In this document: positions 50,505 to 64,000 of the stretch, in pieces | Layout: each line of letters opens with the position of its first letter | How positions within the stretch are numbered: position 1 is the first letter of the stretch | Source: Oikopleura dioica | Taxonomy: Eukaryota; Animalia; Chordata | Length of the DNA: 64,000 bases | Direction: 5' to 3' | NCBI GenBank assembly: GCA_907165135.1 | Contig: OU015566.1 | Location: 496,001 to 560,000, forward strand | Made by a program: the position numbers and the translations under genes | The notes under the pieces: model-generated | Told to the model about the DNA's origin: nothing | Database searches by the model: none | The model's input: only the letters and a program-made list of their open reading frames with translations

Positions 50505-51468
50505 CTGAAGAAAATAAGTTCACTGCACTAATGATTAAATAAATAACCAAAAAGATAAGTATTACTGTAAAATCTGAATGTTATGATGAAATAATGATAG
50601 AGAGATTGCGAACGCGAAAAAATTTAAAAATCTATAGATGACGATTCGGCGTTTTCTCGAATTTCACTAGCGCTCCGGTGTCATAGCCAAACAAGAATAA
50701 TGAACAGCAAAGAACGACGACGAGAAGCAAGTACAATCGTACTAAGGCTTGTTTACTTTGATAAACCGCTAGTAGTCAAGCAAATAGATCCGTGTATTGT
50801 CGCCAAGGCTCAAGAATAAAACCAAGGAAAGAAATTTTAGGATTACAACAAGTGTCTTTGCTACACTGTTCATTTATAGAAGCGGAGACGAAAAAATCGC
50901 TGTGTGGATATTTATTAAATGCACGTATAAAATATATTAAGGCTCTTTTTTCATTGATTTTTGAACATGACCATATTAAACACAATTGTGTAAGGGTCAA
51001 AATTGGAATCGAACAGCGGGTCAATATTTGCATGAAATTTTAAAAAGATATCTTCTCCATCGTATGAGATGCTGATTCTTTCATTTTGACAGAAACTTAT
51101 ACCTAAAAAAAGCTTAGTTTTTTTATGACGAACGAGCTTGAAATTAAGATGCTTGCAAAATTTTAAAAAGTCTAATTCATGAATAATATAGCTTTGGTCG
51201 GCATTCAACACCGTTGTCTTCATATTGATGTTAATGTAACTGAGTCATGCGTTCACGAATTTATATTTTGCGTGTGATCCCTAAGTTTAGTAAAGCTTGA
51301 AATTAAGTTAAGCTTAAATACAAAGCTCGTACTATCAACAAAATTGCAAGCCCTCGCTGCATTTGAACATAATTTCTTACCATTGACTTCGACGTAAACT
51401 TCATTGCAATCTAGAAAAGTATTTGATGAACGCTTGTTTAGAGGTACACAGTTATGACAGGCTAGATC

Positions 51469-53528
51469 TAGGTACCCGCTGAAGTCAAAAGGGCAGTTTT
51501 CAACCCCTTTTATATGTAGGCATAACGCACAAAAAAATCAACTTTTTTCCTGTAATAGATACAAGTCTGAAACTTTGGGAGCTAAGAAAACACCAAAGAT
51601 GACTTTTCAAAATTTTTTGGAAAAAAATTTTTGGTACAGTTTAGTACTTTTTCTCAGCCCTTTTCTGACTAATTTTCGAGCAATCCAAGGTACGAGGTTC
51701 TAAGCATGCTCATTCGAAAGAGCGCAAAAAACTGAGTCGGATTCATCAAAAAAAGGGGTTCCTGGGTGGGTTCCCTGGATTCTAGGGATGAAAAACCCCT
51801 TAAGGGTGTCCCCAACGATTTTTTTAAAACAGGCTATACTTTGAGCTATTTTTTATAGGACTTCCTGAAGGCTTTTCGGCTAAAAGAAATATACTCATTA
51901 TTATTTAAACCCTTTTCTATGCCATAAATTTGGCAGAATTTTGAAATTGTAATCTTTTAAAAGAGTTCTGATTTTTCTATTCTGACCAATCTTTGAGATC
52001 GTTTTTCTCGAGTTCTACAAATTCAATTTTTAAATTTCGACTAGATCCTGATTCTTTGAACGCTCCTCTATGCCATAAATTTGACGGATTTTTAAAATTT
52101 ATCTATATGCATCAGATACGATGCATTCTTTGAAGTAACGATTTTGCTGAAGTTTGAGCTCGATTCTAGCGCTTTTCCTGAAATTCAATTTTTCTCATTT
52201 TTACAGGGATAATAGTTTGATCTATTTTCAATCTCACGGTACGCTCAGATTTTGCGTTGATAAGACCCTTAATCCCTTTTTCCGGCGCCAAAGTGCAGGT
52301 GTTTGCGACTTTTGGCGCACTGTTTGAAAGTGAAAAATTTGTGCTATTGTATTGATATAGGTATCATTGAATAGAGAATTTTTCAAGCTCTCAGAAAATA
52401 TACAGGTCGATATATATAATCGAAAGTTTGAAAATGACACTTTTTACAGTGCATTTCTATCGAGCCGTAATGCATTAGCGCTCTCATAGAAACAGTAATA
52501 TCTCGAGAATCAGATGAGATATTTCAGATCTGAAAAAAGCTCTAGAATCAGCTTCCTTTAATTAACTCAAATTAATTTGGTCATCAGACTAAGATTAGTC
52601 GAATCCGATCGTTGGGGACACCCTTAAAATCAGCCAAATTTGGGGTTTCATTCGACTTATCGTGTGATGACGTCATTTCCGGTCAAAAAACAACTTTTGA
52701 TATTTCTTGCTAAAACAATGGGAATACAGTAAATTAGTACCCCAGAGTTCGTATCTGAAGTCAAAAGTTCATAAAAAGTTCATTTTTGGGGTCAAATCGG
52801 GTCATTTTTGAGTGATGACTCATCACTTTTGTGATTTTCAACCCCTCGAATCTGGGGAACCCCCCTAGGAACCCCTTTTTTCGATGTATCTGACTCAGTT
52901 TTTTGTGCTCTTTCGAATGAGCATATTTACAACCCCGTAGCTTGGATTGCTCGAAAAATCAATTTTTTGGCAACTTTGGGGTACTTAAAAAGTACTAAAT
53001 TTGAAAATTTTGAAATTTTTTTCATTTGAAATGTTATCAGATCATAAAAATCTATATTATATGTGAAAATCAGCTTCCTACGACTTTCAGATAAAAAGTC
53101 GATTTTTTGTGCGTTATGCCTATTTATATGGCACTTCCAGTGTGCCCATATGGCGTATGATAGTCGGAACCTATCATAAGGAACCCTTCGGGCCGTCAAG
53201 CCCATTTTTAATTGAAAGCCAGGGACGGGGCTTTTTCGACTTTTGATGACCTCGAATGACCCCAAGATAAACTTTTTTCGAGTTTCTGACCTCGGAATAA
53301 AATTTTTGAGGGTTGAAATAGTATTTTCACATGGTTTAAAACCGAAAATATTGCTATTAGAAAACCCCACTTTTTCGAATTTTGATGACCTCTGGTGACC
53401 CCAAGATGAACTTTTTTCGAACTTTTGACCTTGGAATCGAACTTCTGGGTACTAATTTACTATTGTCCCAAAGTTTCATCCAAAAAGGGATACGTAATCG
53501 ACCACTTATTTTTTTCAGCCGGTACCTA
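51469..53528. mobile_element. Non-autonomous Mutator-like element with long internal inverted repeats
   Basis: TIR TAGGTACC(C/G)GCTGAA and 9-bp TSD GGCTAGATC at 51460-51468 and 53529-53537. 51705-51790 recurs inverted at ~52850-52925. Confidence 0.8.
51800..52627. mobile_element. TTAA MITE nested in the Mutator-like element
   Basis: TTAAGGGTGTCCCCAACGAT / ATCGTTGGGGACACCCTTAA. Confidence 0.85.
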
Positions 53529-56030
53529 GGCTAGATCAAAAGCGCCTTCAACTTTTATGTGATTCGATAAATTGATTTTTAGTTGTTATTGTCGTTTTAA
53601 TCATTCTTTTAACATATGTAATTACAAAAACTCTTTTTGAATCCATTCCGTAAACAACAGAACCATCGTTACTAGCTGACATCGTGCAATTCGTTTGACC
53701 CTCAAATTCTTGGCCGTAAGTCGTAATGTCGACTCGAAAGATTTTTCCAGTGGCTCCATCCGGAATTTGTATTTGTCCAATATCACGAGGAAGATGTTCA
53801 ACAAGTTCGTCAGTGTTGAAACTCACAGCAGAGTCGGAAACGACAAAATTTGATAATGCAACTATTTTAATGGTATTTTAAATCCTCCGAATTTTCAAAG
53901 AAAAAAAAAATAAAATGTGAAATTTACCAAATATTCGAATGATTAAAATTGAGAGATCATCAGAAGGAAAACTGTTGCAGTTTCGATCTAAAGGTCTGAA
54001 AGTTCAAATTTGAGAACAACCTGAGATAGTTTATAAAAAAAATTGTTCTAAGGTGCCCTATTTCACAATTCTTGATATTGAAGCAAAAATGGAAACGTTT
54101 TTGAAATAATAATTGCATTTCAAACTCTGCTGATGTGGTTTGGAGCGTTAGAATAAATCTGGTTGCCGCACCAGTTTTGCGGTTCCGCCATCTGATTCTC
54201 TTGAATAGCCCACAAAATGGCGCCAATGAACGCAAAGAAGACGCAACAAATCATAATTACGAAAAAGGCTTCTGAAAATTGGTATCAAACTACTGAAATA
54301 ATAAAAAGATCGGATAAACACAGCAGTATGTGATCATAGCTTCGTTCTTTTGTGTATGCGCACGCGAAATTTTTGAAGACATGCTCAGCTGTAGAATTTT
54401 CCGCAAATATATAAAAACCGAGATAAAAAATATTGCGATATTTCTGAAAAAAAAGTCTTTTTATAAATAATTTTTCGACTGATTAACATTTAAAGAGGCT
54501 TTGCTCCTTAAGTTCGTTGGCCAAAAACTCTCAAAAAGGGAACGGTCGTAGCTAAGGGCCTTAACTTTATCCTGAAAAAAATTAAGGGTATACGGTATAC
54601 CGTATACCCCAATTAAAAACCCGAAAAAAACCTTCACTAAGCAAACTAACCTTTAACGCCCTGTATAACCTTAAGTTTGATATCGAGATATCACCATAAG
54701 GGGAACGGTTGCAGGCGAGGGTTCGTTCTAAAGCTTGGAATTGAAATTAAGTGTTTACCTTAGATAGTTTTCGAGAAAATCGTTCACTAAAGAGACCTTT
54801 TTTCGCGATTCTTGATGGGGGGGTCCTTAACTAATGATTAAGTGCATTCAATCAAAATAAAAAAAAATATATTCTAGAAGAATAATGGTTCTCCTGGTAC
54901 AGTCATACTCCGAAATAAGGAGCTTTTTTGCTAGAAAAATTACAAAAAATACAGTGGCACATCCTTAACTGGGCAGGTCGCTTTATCCTGCCGCGGCGCA
55001 CTTTTGGATGTGGTGACTCATGCCATTCTCCTTTGTTCTCTTGTTTAGGAAGCGTTAGCGAAATCAGAGTTCGAAATTTGTTGCCAGTACTGCCACGAAT
55101 GCCACTAGCAGCTGCCGATTTCGGCAATCACTTAGCAGTGCAGTTACATTTTTCAAGGCCAAGCAACTTTATTTCTTTGTGCTCCTGCGCGCTTGGAAAA
55201 ATCGTAAAAGAACGAAAATTAGCGATTTTGCGATTTTTTCGAAAATTCTCAATTTTTAAATAGAATTTGCTTTTCAAGCACTTTTTATTGCAATGGTTTT
55301 TTTCGCTATTTATCTGAAGCGAATTTCAGAAAAGAGTCTCTTTAAGAGTTATTTAAAAATATATCGAATCAAAAAACGTCTCTTCTAATAAAAATCTTCG
55401 CAGACACGGTATCCCAATTGATAATTATGCTCATTGTCTGAGAAAAGCAAATTTTTTTGAAATTATTCAAGTCAAACTTATTGTTATTTGACTATTCATT
55501 TACTTGAAATTTAAAAAGGGACGTTTATAAATAAATCTAATCAAAAAAACGACTCTTCTAAGAAAAATACCACTAACAAAAGCAATAGCAATAAAAGAGA
55601 TTTCAACAACTTCAAACATGGAAACAACGATGACAACCACATCAAGAAAATTGATAGCAACGACGACAGAAGAAAACAAAAAGGAATAGTCAATGAATTT
55701 TCGAAGATACAATGCGTCAAATTTCGATCAATGAAGGCAATTTTTTCGGATTCGACTTTGCTTCCAGTAGAGGCAACTTGACACAATTTTATGATTCTCG
55801 ATTCTTATATTCTCATGCAGACTTGATAGAATAATTCAGGAGCGGGAGAAATGCCAAAATCATGAGCCTGAGTTTACTTTTTGAATTTTTTCTTCATGTG
55901 TTATGGTTTTAAATCTCTAGAAGAGACTCCTTTTCAAAAAAACCGAATAGAACCCATTTGTTTCATAAAATGAGATAATTAATTAAATAAGATTTTATAA
56001 GTCCGTTATTCAATAAAATTCATTTATTTC

Positions 56031-58284
56031 CTACTGTACAGGCGTGGCAAAACGTCTTCTTAGCGCATTGTCCATCGTATTTTTCTTGTCGATCTTGAAG
56101 CTATCCGAGTTCTCCTGGAACTTGTGAATGATCGCTGGGACAGGCAAAGCAAAGCATAACACGCCAGTTAGCGCACAGAAACAGCTAGAAATGGTTTTGC
56201 GAAATCAGCGGCCGCAGCGACAAATGGATTAACTCACCCAATTACGCGACCGCCAGGGGTTGTCGGGTAAATGTCCCCGTAGCCGATTGTAGACATTGTT
56301 ACGATCGCCCACCAAATTCCGTCTAAAAAGCAGTTTTCCTCCTTGATTTCAATTTTCGACATTTTTGAAGAATCTATTTGGTACCTGGAATTGAAGAAAA
56401 TTTATCATTCGTCGCATTTTCGAGCTAAAAAACAAACATTTTTGAAGACCATTAGTCGAAGAATGCTCAAAACGCATACCTGGTAAATTACGGAGCCGTA
56501 AAATATGCCGGAAATGGAGAGAAGAATGAGCAGAAATGAGATCTAAAAGTCTTCAAAGAGCACTTTATAAGGTCGATTTGAGCTTACTTCTCTGGTACTA
56601 TCAGCCATCGTTTTTAGCATTTGGCAAAGAGACTCATTTTTCTTGCTTGTTTTTCTTTTCCACCATCATCTATCCTTGGAGATTGCTGTTGTTTCGACGC
56701 CATTCCGATTTTAAATGAAAAGAGATGTGATAGAAAACAATTCCTGAGCTTGATGACTCTGAAAATTCTGAAAAGCCGAACGATCCGCAAAACCGACAAA
56801 TTAACTTCAACCTTTTCTTCTGACGACTTCCAATAGTAAAACCTTCAAGTTTGATTCCCAAAAAAATGAATGAAAATTTCGTTTACGGAAATCAAGAATT
56901 TCTTCCCCGTAAATAGAAGTGATCTGAAGCCGGGGTGGAAAAAGAGCGCGACGGTCACGTTAAAAATCGATTTGAAATGAAACTAACTGGAACGTAACAC
57001 TAATCACCCCCGTCCCGATTCAACCAGGAATGGCGCAACAGCAAGCATGTCCAAAATCACACTTGGGGAGCTAAAAATTATCAGAAATATTGCATTTTTG
57101 GGAGTTAAAAATCTGAACAAAAATGGCGACTGCCACTGCATAATTTTTTACAGCTTTAACCTATAAAAGAAACGTTGACATTGTCGATGACGTCTCTTTT
57201 GAAGAAAAACTAAGGTTTTTGGCGTATAAAATAATTTTAGAAAATGCGGGAAAACCACGAATTACAAGACAGATGCGAAATAATGATGTTTGTGTCACTT
57301 GACAACTTGTCATCGCGGCAAAAAATAATAAGAGAAACTTCGTTTTTTACGAAGTTTGTTGAATAAACCAAACCTGATCTTTCTATGTCGATTTTTTGCG
57401 ATGTAGACGAGAAAAGCGATTTCCGCCATAAAGAAGAAATTGGTGATGATTTCGATGATAAAAAACATGAAAGCGGTTGAGTTTTTTGAGATGACATATC
57501 CAGTCGCTTCGTAGAAAGAAATATTTATATCCTTATGAGGAATTTTCCAATATATTCATGAAAAAGCTGGTTATATATCAGCATTTTTGTTTTCACTGAC
57601 TTCATTGAAAACCCAGTCCTCGTGCATGGCTGGCAAGGTATCGAAACAAAGCGTCAAAATGGACAGCGAAGTCATGAATAATGAAATCTTACTAATTTTT
57701 TCATAAATTTTGGATTCGGTCGGGTTCGCCATCTAAAACACAATTAGCGCTAATTGGAATTGTTAAGCCTTACATAATGGCGGGCGCGGCAGCGGAAGTC
57801 GCTCATGTCTTTGATTTCGTCGTCTTCGTAAACTTCAGGCGCAGGGGTAAGATATGGCAAATAGGTAGGAGGAGATACCTTTATTTCCAAGAACGGCTTT
57901 TTCCAGCCCATAAAACTTGATCTCCTCAACAAATTGCGAAAGAGAAATGTTGCTGGGCCGCTCAATCACGCCGTCCTGATAGAAGACAAAGATCGACTGC
58001 GGAAAACAATTTTTAGTAAAGAGGATAAAATCAACCTCAGCTAAAAACCTCGAAAAACTCCGGATTGCGGTCGACTACATGCACCTCAGCTTGCTCATCC
58101 CAGAGCTCCGCGCGGCGGGTTTTATCGCCCTAAACACTCAAAAACGGTCTGTCTCTCCTTCTCTCTTTACCAATAAGCTTTCAGGCGCGCGTTGTAGATT
58201 TTTCTCTTGAGTTCTGAAAAGAACCCCTCCGATCTCGAAATCGATCATAATTGGAACTTTGTTTTTTATTTTACGAATGCTCAT
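56031..58284 (-). CDS. Voltage-gated K+ channel alpha subunit (6TM, T1 domain), divergent
   Basis: T1 [15 protein letters not shown] / VDRNPGVF / FYQDG...[10 protein letters not shown]; S1 [11 protein letters not shown]; S3 [10 protein letters not shown]; S4 [15 protein letters not shown]; S5 [20 protein letters not shown]; pore [19 protein letters not shown]; S6 [15 protein letters not shown]. Subfamily not assignable; start uncertain. Confidence 0.9.
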
Positions 58285-59009
58285 CTTTTTATTTTTTCGA
58301 AAATGGAATTTTTTTTTGCAGAAGGAAGGTTTGAATTTTTCATTTTTGGCGGACAATGGGCTCAAAAAGGCTGCTCTAGAATTTTTGATCAAGCGGCAAT
58401 TATCATTTGCTTGAATTTTATGCCAAAACTTCCTTCTTTGCATTTCGCCGAAAACACTGATAAGAAACGTTTTCGGCAAAAGCGGAAAGTGTCAACTTCC
58501 GCGAAAGGCGCCGTTCAATTTTCTAGTGCCTTTTCGAGCCCATTAAGCTGCTGCAGCAGATGCATGGAACTACGTGTTTGACGACTTTGAAAAAGGGATT
58601 TCGGCCGCTGCTTTGAGTCGCGCTGGACCGCGGGGCGTCGCCTGATCCGCTTTCGTTGATCTTCGCATTGCTCGACAGTTTGCGCTCCATCTTGTTAGAC
58701 AGGGCTTATCCTTCTGCTTCTTACGTAAAATTTAATTTGATTGGAAAATGTATCAACTCAGCTTTAGAAATAAAAATTTTTCTTTTTTGAGCGATTCTGA
58801 CTTTGAAAACTTTTAATAAAAACGTAACACGCGAAGCCTCTTGAATTTCATGTTGCAAAACTCGTCACAACTCATAAGCCGTTCCTGGACAGACCTTCTT
58901 CGTATCAGCCGGTATTCCTAGCGAGAAACACTCATTAGAGAGAAATCATTATGTTGTCCCAAAAAAAAACGAGAATCAAATCGTTCGTGTCAGGAACCGA
59001 CAAAAAATT

Positions 59010-59140
59010 TTGACAAATTTCGCGCAAAAACTTTCATCCAATCAGAAGCCCAGATTCGGCCTACAGTTAGCTTACCGGCCAATAAGCAGCCGAGGAGCCG
59101 CCCACGCAAAATTTGTCGAAATTATTTGTCGGTTTCTGTC
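59010..59140 (+). repeat. Dispersed repeat with CCAAT motif (second copy ~62350-62475)
   Basis: ACAAAAAATTT(T/C)GACAAATTT...CCAATCAGAAGCC...ACCGGCCAA...CCGCCCACGC.AAATTTGTCGAAATT is shared by the two sites. Confidence 0.55.
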
Positions 59141-61062
59141 GCCAACCCCAAAAATCATCCCCCATCAACCCCAACCCCTCCCCCACAAAGAAAAGTTTTT
59201 AAAATTTTCTATCAAAAATAAACTGTACCTCTTCAGAAAATCCATTTGTCATTTTTTTCAATATTTAATCTTTTCTCTTCAATTGTTTTCTTTTCTGCTC
59301 CCTTTTTTGAATGAATGAAGACAAGAAAAATAGATAAATCCCTGCTTTGAGGTCAATTGAGCAAAACTGTCAGAGCGAAAAGCAAATCGTTCTCCTTCTG
59401 TACACGGCTTCTATCCTCTTTTCAAAATTAATACAATATGTTCAGGAAGCTGCCAGTAAGCTTCTTTAGCGCATTTGCGAGTAAAACAGAAGGCGCCACT
59501 TTGCGTTTAGAACAGTCCTTTTTTAATTATTCAAGAAAAAGAGCGGAACACAAGCTCAGCGCGTCAAAATCATCGTTTCCGATTTCGATTCCGAGGATTT
59601 ACAATTCAAAATTGATTTTTATTTTGAATTTTCTCATTTTGCAAGGTCATAAATTTTCGATTTTAAAATCAAACTAAGTTAAACATACTGTTTTAAACAA
59701 CTTAAACCCATGAAAGAGACCTAATTATAAATCAAAATGTCTCTTTTGAATAAAAATTCGGGTAAAATTCGTATTAACAGCAGCATGATAATAATTTTCG
59801 TGCTTTTCTTTGTTATTCTAGAAAGAAAAATGAATATTCTTTGAAGTGGCAGTACTCTGTTTTTGCATCAAAAAAAGCACTGAAAAAGCCGTAATGGCGA
59901 AAAGCTTCTACTAAATAAATGGAATGTAATTTTTTATTTGAGAGCGAATTCTTGTTTTAAAAATAAGCGCTAATCCGTTCATGACGTTGGAAAATAATAA
60001 ACACGTAAAACAATATTCAATTTTTATGATCTCCTCGTTACTCATAATTCAGCCAACCACGTTGCTCATCAGTCGTAATTATGAAAGTTTATCATCTTAT
60101 TATCGTTAAAGCTCTTTTGTTTCAAAATATTTTTTTGCTGTTTCGAGACAAAAAAGACTGAAACTTGAAACGGAGCTGGCGAATTTTTCGAGTCGGAAAA
60201 ATTGAGTTGGTGACGTTAAATTGACGGGCCGGAGTAACATCTTCAAAAATATACAACAGGTTAACTCCAAATCATCCCGTTAGCTTCCCGAGCCGGCGAA
60301 ATTCGCGAATACTTTCGCAGGGAAGAAGAGATTTCCATTCAACAGAGAACAAAATGAAGTGAAAGTAGAAAAAGAAAAAAATGAAGATTTTGAGAAGGTA
60401 AGATAAAAAAGCAAAGAAAAAATTCTTTTGGTATCATTGAAACGACTTTTTGAAGACATTTATTGGTTATTTTTGGGGTAGCGGATCGATCGACAAAAAA
60501 TTTCGACAGAATTTTTTTTTAGAATTTTATGTCGACTCCATTCTCATGAAAATCACCCATTTTTTGTTTTTTTTTCAAAAAATGAGAAAAGAAAACTGTT
60601 TCTTTTTAAATTTAATTTCGCTTTCTAAGCTTGGAATGACAAAATATTGGTTCGAATATACCCACCCGAAATTCTGATTTGGGAGAAAAATAAAGCTTAA
60701 GGACATAAAGAAAATTGTTGAAGTTCCGGGCGGATAATTGAAAAGAAATCGAAAGAGCGCGTGCTAGCGCCCTCGGAGGGATCATCTTAGGCCGAAGAGA
60801 GATTCTCGAAGGCGTAAATTTGCAAGTTTTGTTTTCGTAAATTCAATTTTTTTCCGATAAAATCTGAGATCAATTCAATTCAAGAGAATTAACGAAAAAG
60901 CATGACGAAGAAAGAGCAGAATAATCTTATTCTGTAAGTTTATTCATTTTCCTGATTTTATAATAAGAGAACATTTTATCGAAAATAGGGAGTTTTCTTT
61001 GGAATCTTGCCAATAAATTGAGACAAAAGAGACTTTTCAGGCTAGCTTTTATTACTTACGAT

Positions 61063-62165
61063 CAGGGTTCTAAATTTGAGGCAAGATCTAAAAGTCTAGT
61101 CTGTCCGTGTCCGTGTCCTCCGCGAAAATCCCAAGTCTAGTCTATCCGTGTCCGGATCGAAAAAACGGATTTTTGTCCGGTCTAGTCCCGGACATGTCCG
61201 TTTTGTCCGTTTTTGTCCGTAAAATCCGGACACATTTTTTTAAAGAAAAAGTCTGGTCTAAAAAGTCTTGTCCGTGAATATCCGTAAAATTCCATGGGTA
61301 AAAAACTAATTTTTATCGAAATAAACCCGACAAGACCAAAAAAAATCTTTTAGAAATAAATTCGGCAGACAATACATCGAAATATCGAGTACTTTTGAAG
61401 CCAATTTAAGAAAATCAAGGGACTTGTCTGGGACAAGAGTCGCAAGTTTATTGCGAAACTGGGCTGAGCTTGCGTTTTCTCAATGTCAGCTGGTGTTGTC
61501 CAAGCTGACCTTAGCTGGCTTTATGAAGAAAATCATTGGTCTGAGCTGAGTTCTCTCAAAATGATCGAGCTGATTGACTGTCATTGGAGCGGGCTAGCCC
61601 GACCGTTGACCTCTCAACACGTTGAGCTGGCTTTTTCCGAAAATTGCTGTGCTGAAAGTCCCGAATTAGGACTCGCAATGAATAAGCGGAATAATGAAGG
61701 ACCTAATATAATATTAGGAATTTCTTAATTTAACCAATTTTCTTGAAAGTTCCGGCCTCTCACCATCAAAAAGACATATCAATTATAAGTTATCATCGAT
61801 ATTTTCCGGCAAAAAACCAAAAATATTGATATTTTTAAATTTTAAACTGAAAACCTGGCTTATTTTATCAAACAATGACGTTGGTTCAGGCTTTTTTGAA
61901 ACGAATTCGAACTCAAATCGTGCTTTTTTAGAGATTTTTTCGGATTCTGCCCGGATTTTACAGACACGGACAAAAGTCTGGGGTTGTCCGGATTTCACGG
62001 ACAAAAACGGACAAAGACGGATTTTGTCCGGATCGTGACAAAAGTCCGGTCTAGGCTGTCCGTTTTTTCCTCAACCAAAAGACTAAAAGTCTAGTCTGTC
62101 CGTACGGACAAGACCGGACAGACACGGATAAAATCCGTACACGGACATGTCCGTTTAGAACCCTG
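61063..62165. mobile_element. Non-autonomous hAT-like element (1103 bp)
   Basis: TIR CAGGGTTCTAAA / TTTAGAACCCTG with 8-bp TSD CTTACGAT on both sides. Dense GTCCG/CGGAC subterminal motifs. Confidence 0.92.
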
Positions 62166-64000
62166 CTTACGATGACTTTTTCCTGATTTTTCATGAATTA
62201 TTGACACAGTAAGATCCTTCTGTTTTATAAATCAGAAGATTTTTTAATTTTTTAATGATTCGAACAAGGTTGGGTTAATCTGACCCGAGCCTTCGTGTTT
62301 CACAGGTTAGGGTAAGGGTGGTAAGGTTTACGGGGACGTGTCTGGACCCGACAAAAAATTTCGACAAATTTTGCGTGGAAATTTTCAACCAATCAGAAGC
62401 CTGGATTTAGCTCACCGGCCAAACAGCAGCCGAGTAGCCGCCCACGCGAAATTTGTCGAAATTTTTTTGTCGGTTCCAAAAGCCATCCCAGGTTAACCTG
62501 TATCGACGCTATGAATCATATCATCTTTCAAGAATACTATTCGTAAATTTTTCTGAAATCCCTATTCTCCCCCGAATAAAAACACCAAATGTGTCATAAA
62601 AAAAATCTTTAAAGGATTACGCAATTGGAATTGCCTTTCAAAAAATGGCCTCTATCATTTTCCGTGCTGATAATTGCGGCTAGTCGTCAATTCCTTGTCG
62701 GGCTAAAAATTCCTCGCACGTCAAGTCCGACCGCATTTTGAGTCTCTCGTCCATCGCTTTTGGTGGTTTCGTTTTCATAACATACGAGTCCCAAAAATTA
62801 TAATTTTCAAACTCGAAGCATCTCCACTCGCATTTCGATGTTTTTCTAAAGAAGAGAGAAGATGTTTTCAAAACCAGGAGGATCAGCGCAAAATTGACGG
62901 TTGAGGGAAATTTTCAAAGTTTTTTTTATCTAAAAAAGCTGCATTTTGCAAAAATTTGGAGAGAAAAAATGAAAAGAAGAAAAAATTAAAATGAAGAAAT
63001 TAAGGTACTCCACCCCTTAATTTTTTTCTAGCCGCGTGCGGTTCAATTTTGTGAAAAAAAGCCGCAGAATAATTTATTTTAATTCTTAGTTCGGATGATA
63101 TTCGAGAAAAAGCACTAGAAGAGAACTCGTACGGTAGTTCTGGGGCAGAAAATTTTCTAGGGCCAGATTATCTCTAAACAAAGTGGTGTCCGCTTGAAAA
63201 GGTCAAAACACGTGTGCCCCTAATGAGCTCAAGAAAAGGGACGGGAAGTGGAAAAAGAGACACTTTTTTGAGCATTTATTGACAAGATAGAAACAAAAAA
63301 TGAAATAAAATTTGATGGAGCTGATCAAGTAAATAGAATAATCGAAAAAATAATTGTTTATTCAAATTTTTTACAAATCAAGCAAAGTCTTAAAAATCAG
63401 CTGTTTTTTATTTGAGAAGAATCGATGAAAGTTCAAACCACTCATATATGATCCTTATCATTCGAAAAAAACGTTGATAAGTATGCAAAGTTTGTTGCCG
63501 TCTGATTATCTTTTCTGGGTAAAATCAGCTTTCGCGGCTAATCCATTTTGGAATACAAACGCGCTCAAACAAAGAACGGTCCACTAAAAACGGTCACGTC
63601 TAGATCAGCGGGGGTTGACGTGTTATCATTGGAAATATTTTGACCATCAACAGTGGAGCATCCCGCATGTGGCCTGCTCCACAGAGTGTTACTACCCGCT
63701 ACGTGCAAAGCCACTAGAAACACTTTATTCTTTAAAATTAAAGCGATGACGCATTTTTTATAGAAAAAATTGAGTTGAATAAGAGAAAATGATTATTCAG
63801 AGACAATTGGTCATTGTCAGAAAATATCTGCCTTTCAGAAGGTTTGTTTTCGACGATTTTTCATCCAGATTATCTTTGTGACGCCCTTATTTATAAAAAA
63901 AAATATAATGAGGTTTTTTATGCATAAATTAAGGGTGTCAAAATATCATTTTTTGGCGAAAATGACTCGAAAATCGATTTTTGAATCAAAATTTTGATTT

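Noticed and set aside
55500-55786. Hydrophobic minus-strand ORFs
   Set aside because: Low-complexity AAC/GAC-rich sequence next to a repeat fragment; the hydrophobicity is a compositional artefact.
1-64000. tRNA, rRNA, SL RNA or CRISPR arrays
   Set aside because: None recognised by eye. The short periodic motifs all lie within MITE subterminal regions. tRNAscan/Infernal were not run.

Overview
AT-rich animal genomic DNA with very short introns (mostly 37-47 nt, some apparently GA-AG) and tightly packed genes. This points to the larvacean Oikopleura (inference, not verified). The centre (14027-35833) is a visibly GC-richer Ty3/gypsy-type LTR retroelement bounded by 332-bp direct repeats that differ at only 2 nt. 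It has a decayed gag-PR-RT-RH-IN frame and an internal ~7-kb inverted duplication (layout A-B-C'-B'-D). Removing the duplication leaves a ~14-kb element, about half of which is accessory cargo that the ORF track fragments. Short GT-AG introns join these fragments into about seven genes. Antisense to gag-pol are an operon-like triad (a 338-aa NLS-rich protein, a membrane glycoprotein with three furin-site/peptide repeats, and a Gln-rich coiled-coil protein) and a gene with at least 5 introns. On the sense strand are a RING-like protein, a small NLS ORF and a 346-aa gene with one intron. The flanks hold a four-copy family of unknown C-terminally anchored membrane proteins, a LITAF-domain gene, a divergent Kv channel, and many non-autonomous DNA transposons (hAT-like with 8-bp TSDs, TTAA MITEs, and a Mutator-like element with a 9-bp TSD). 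Gene models are hand-derived from splice signals and frame restoration; no searches were run.
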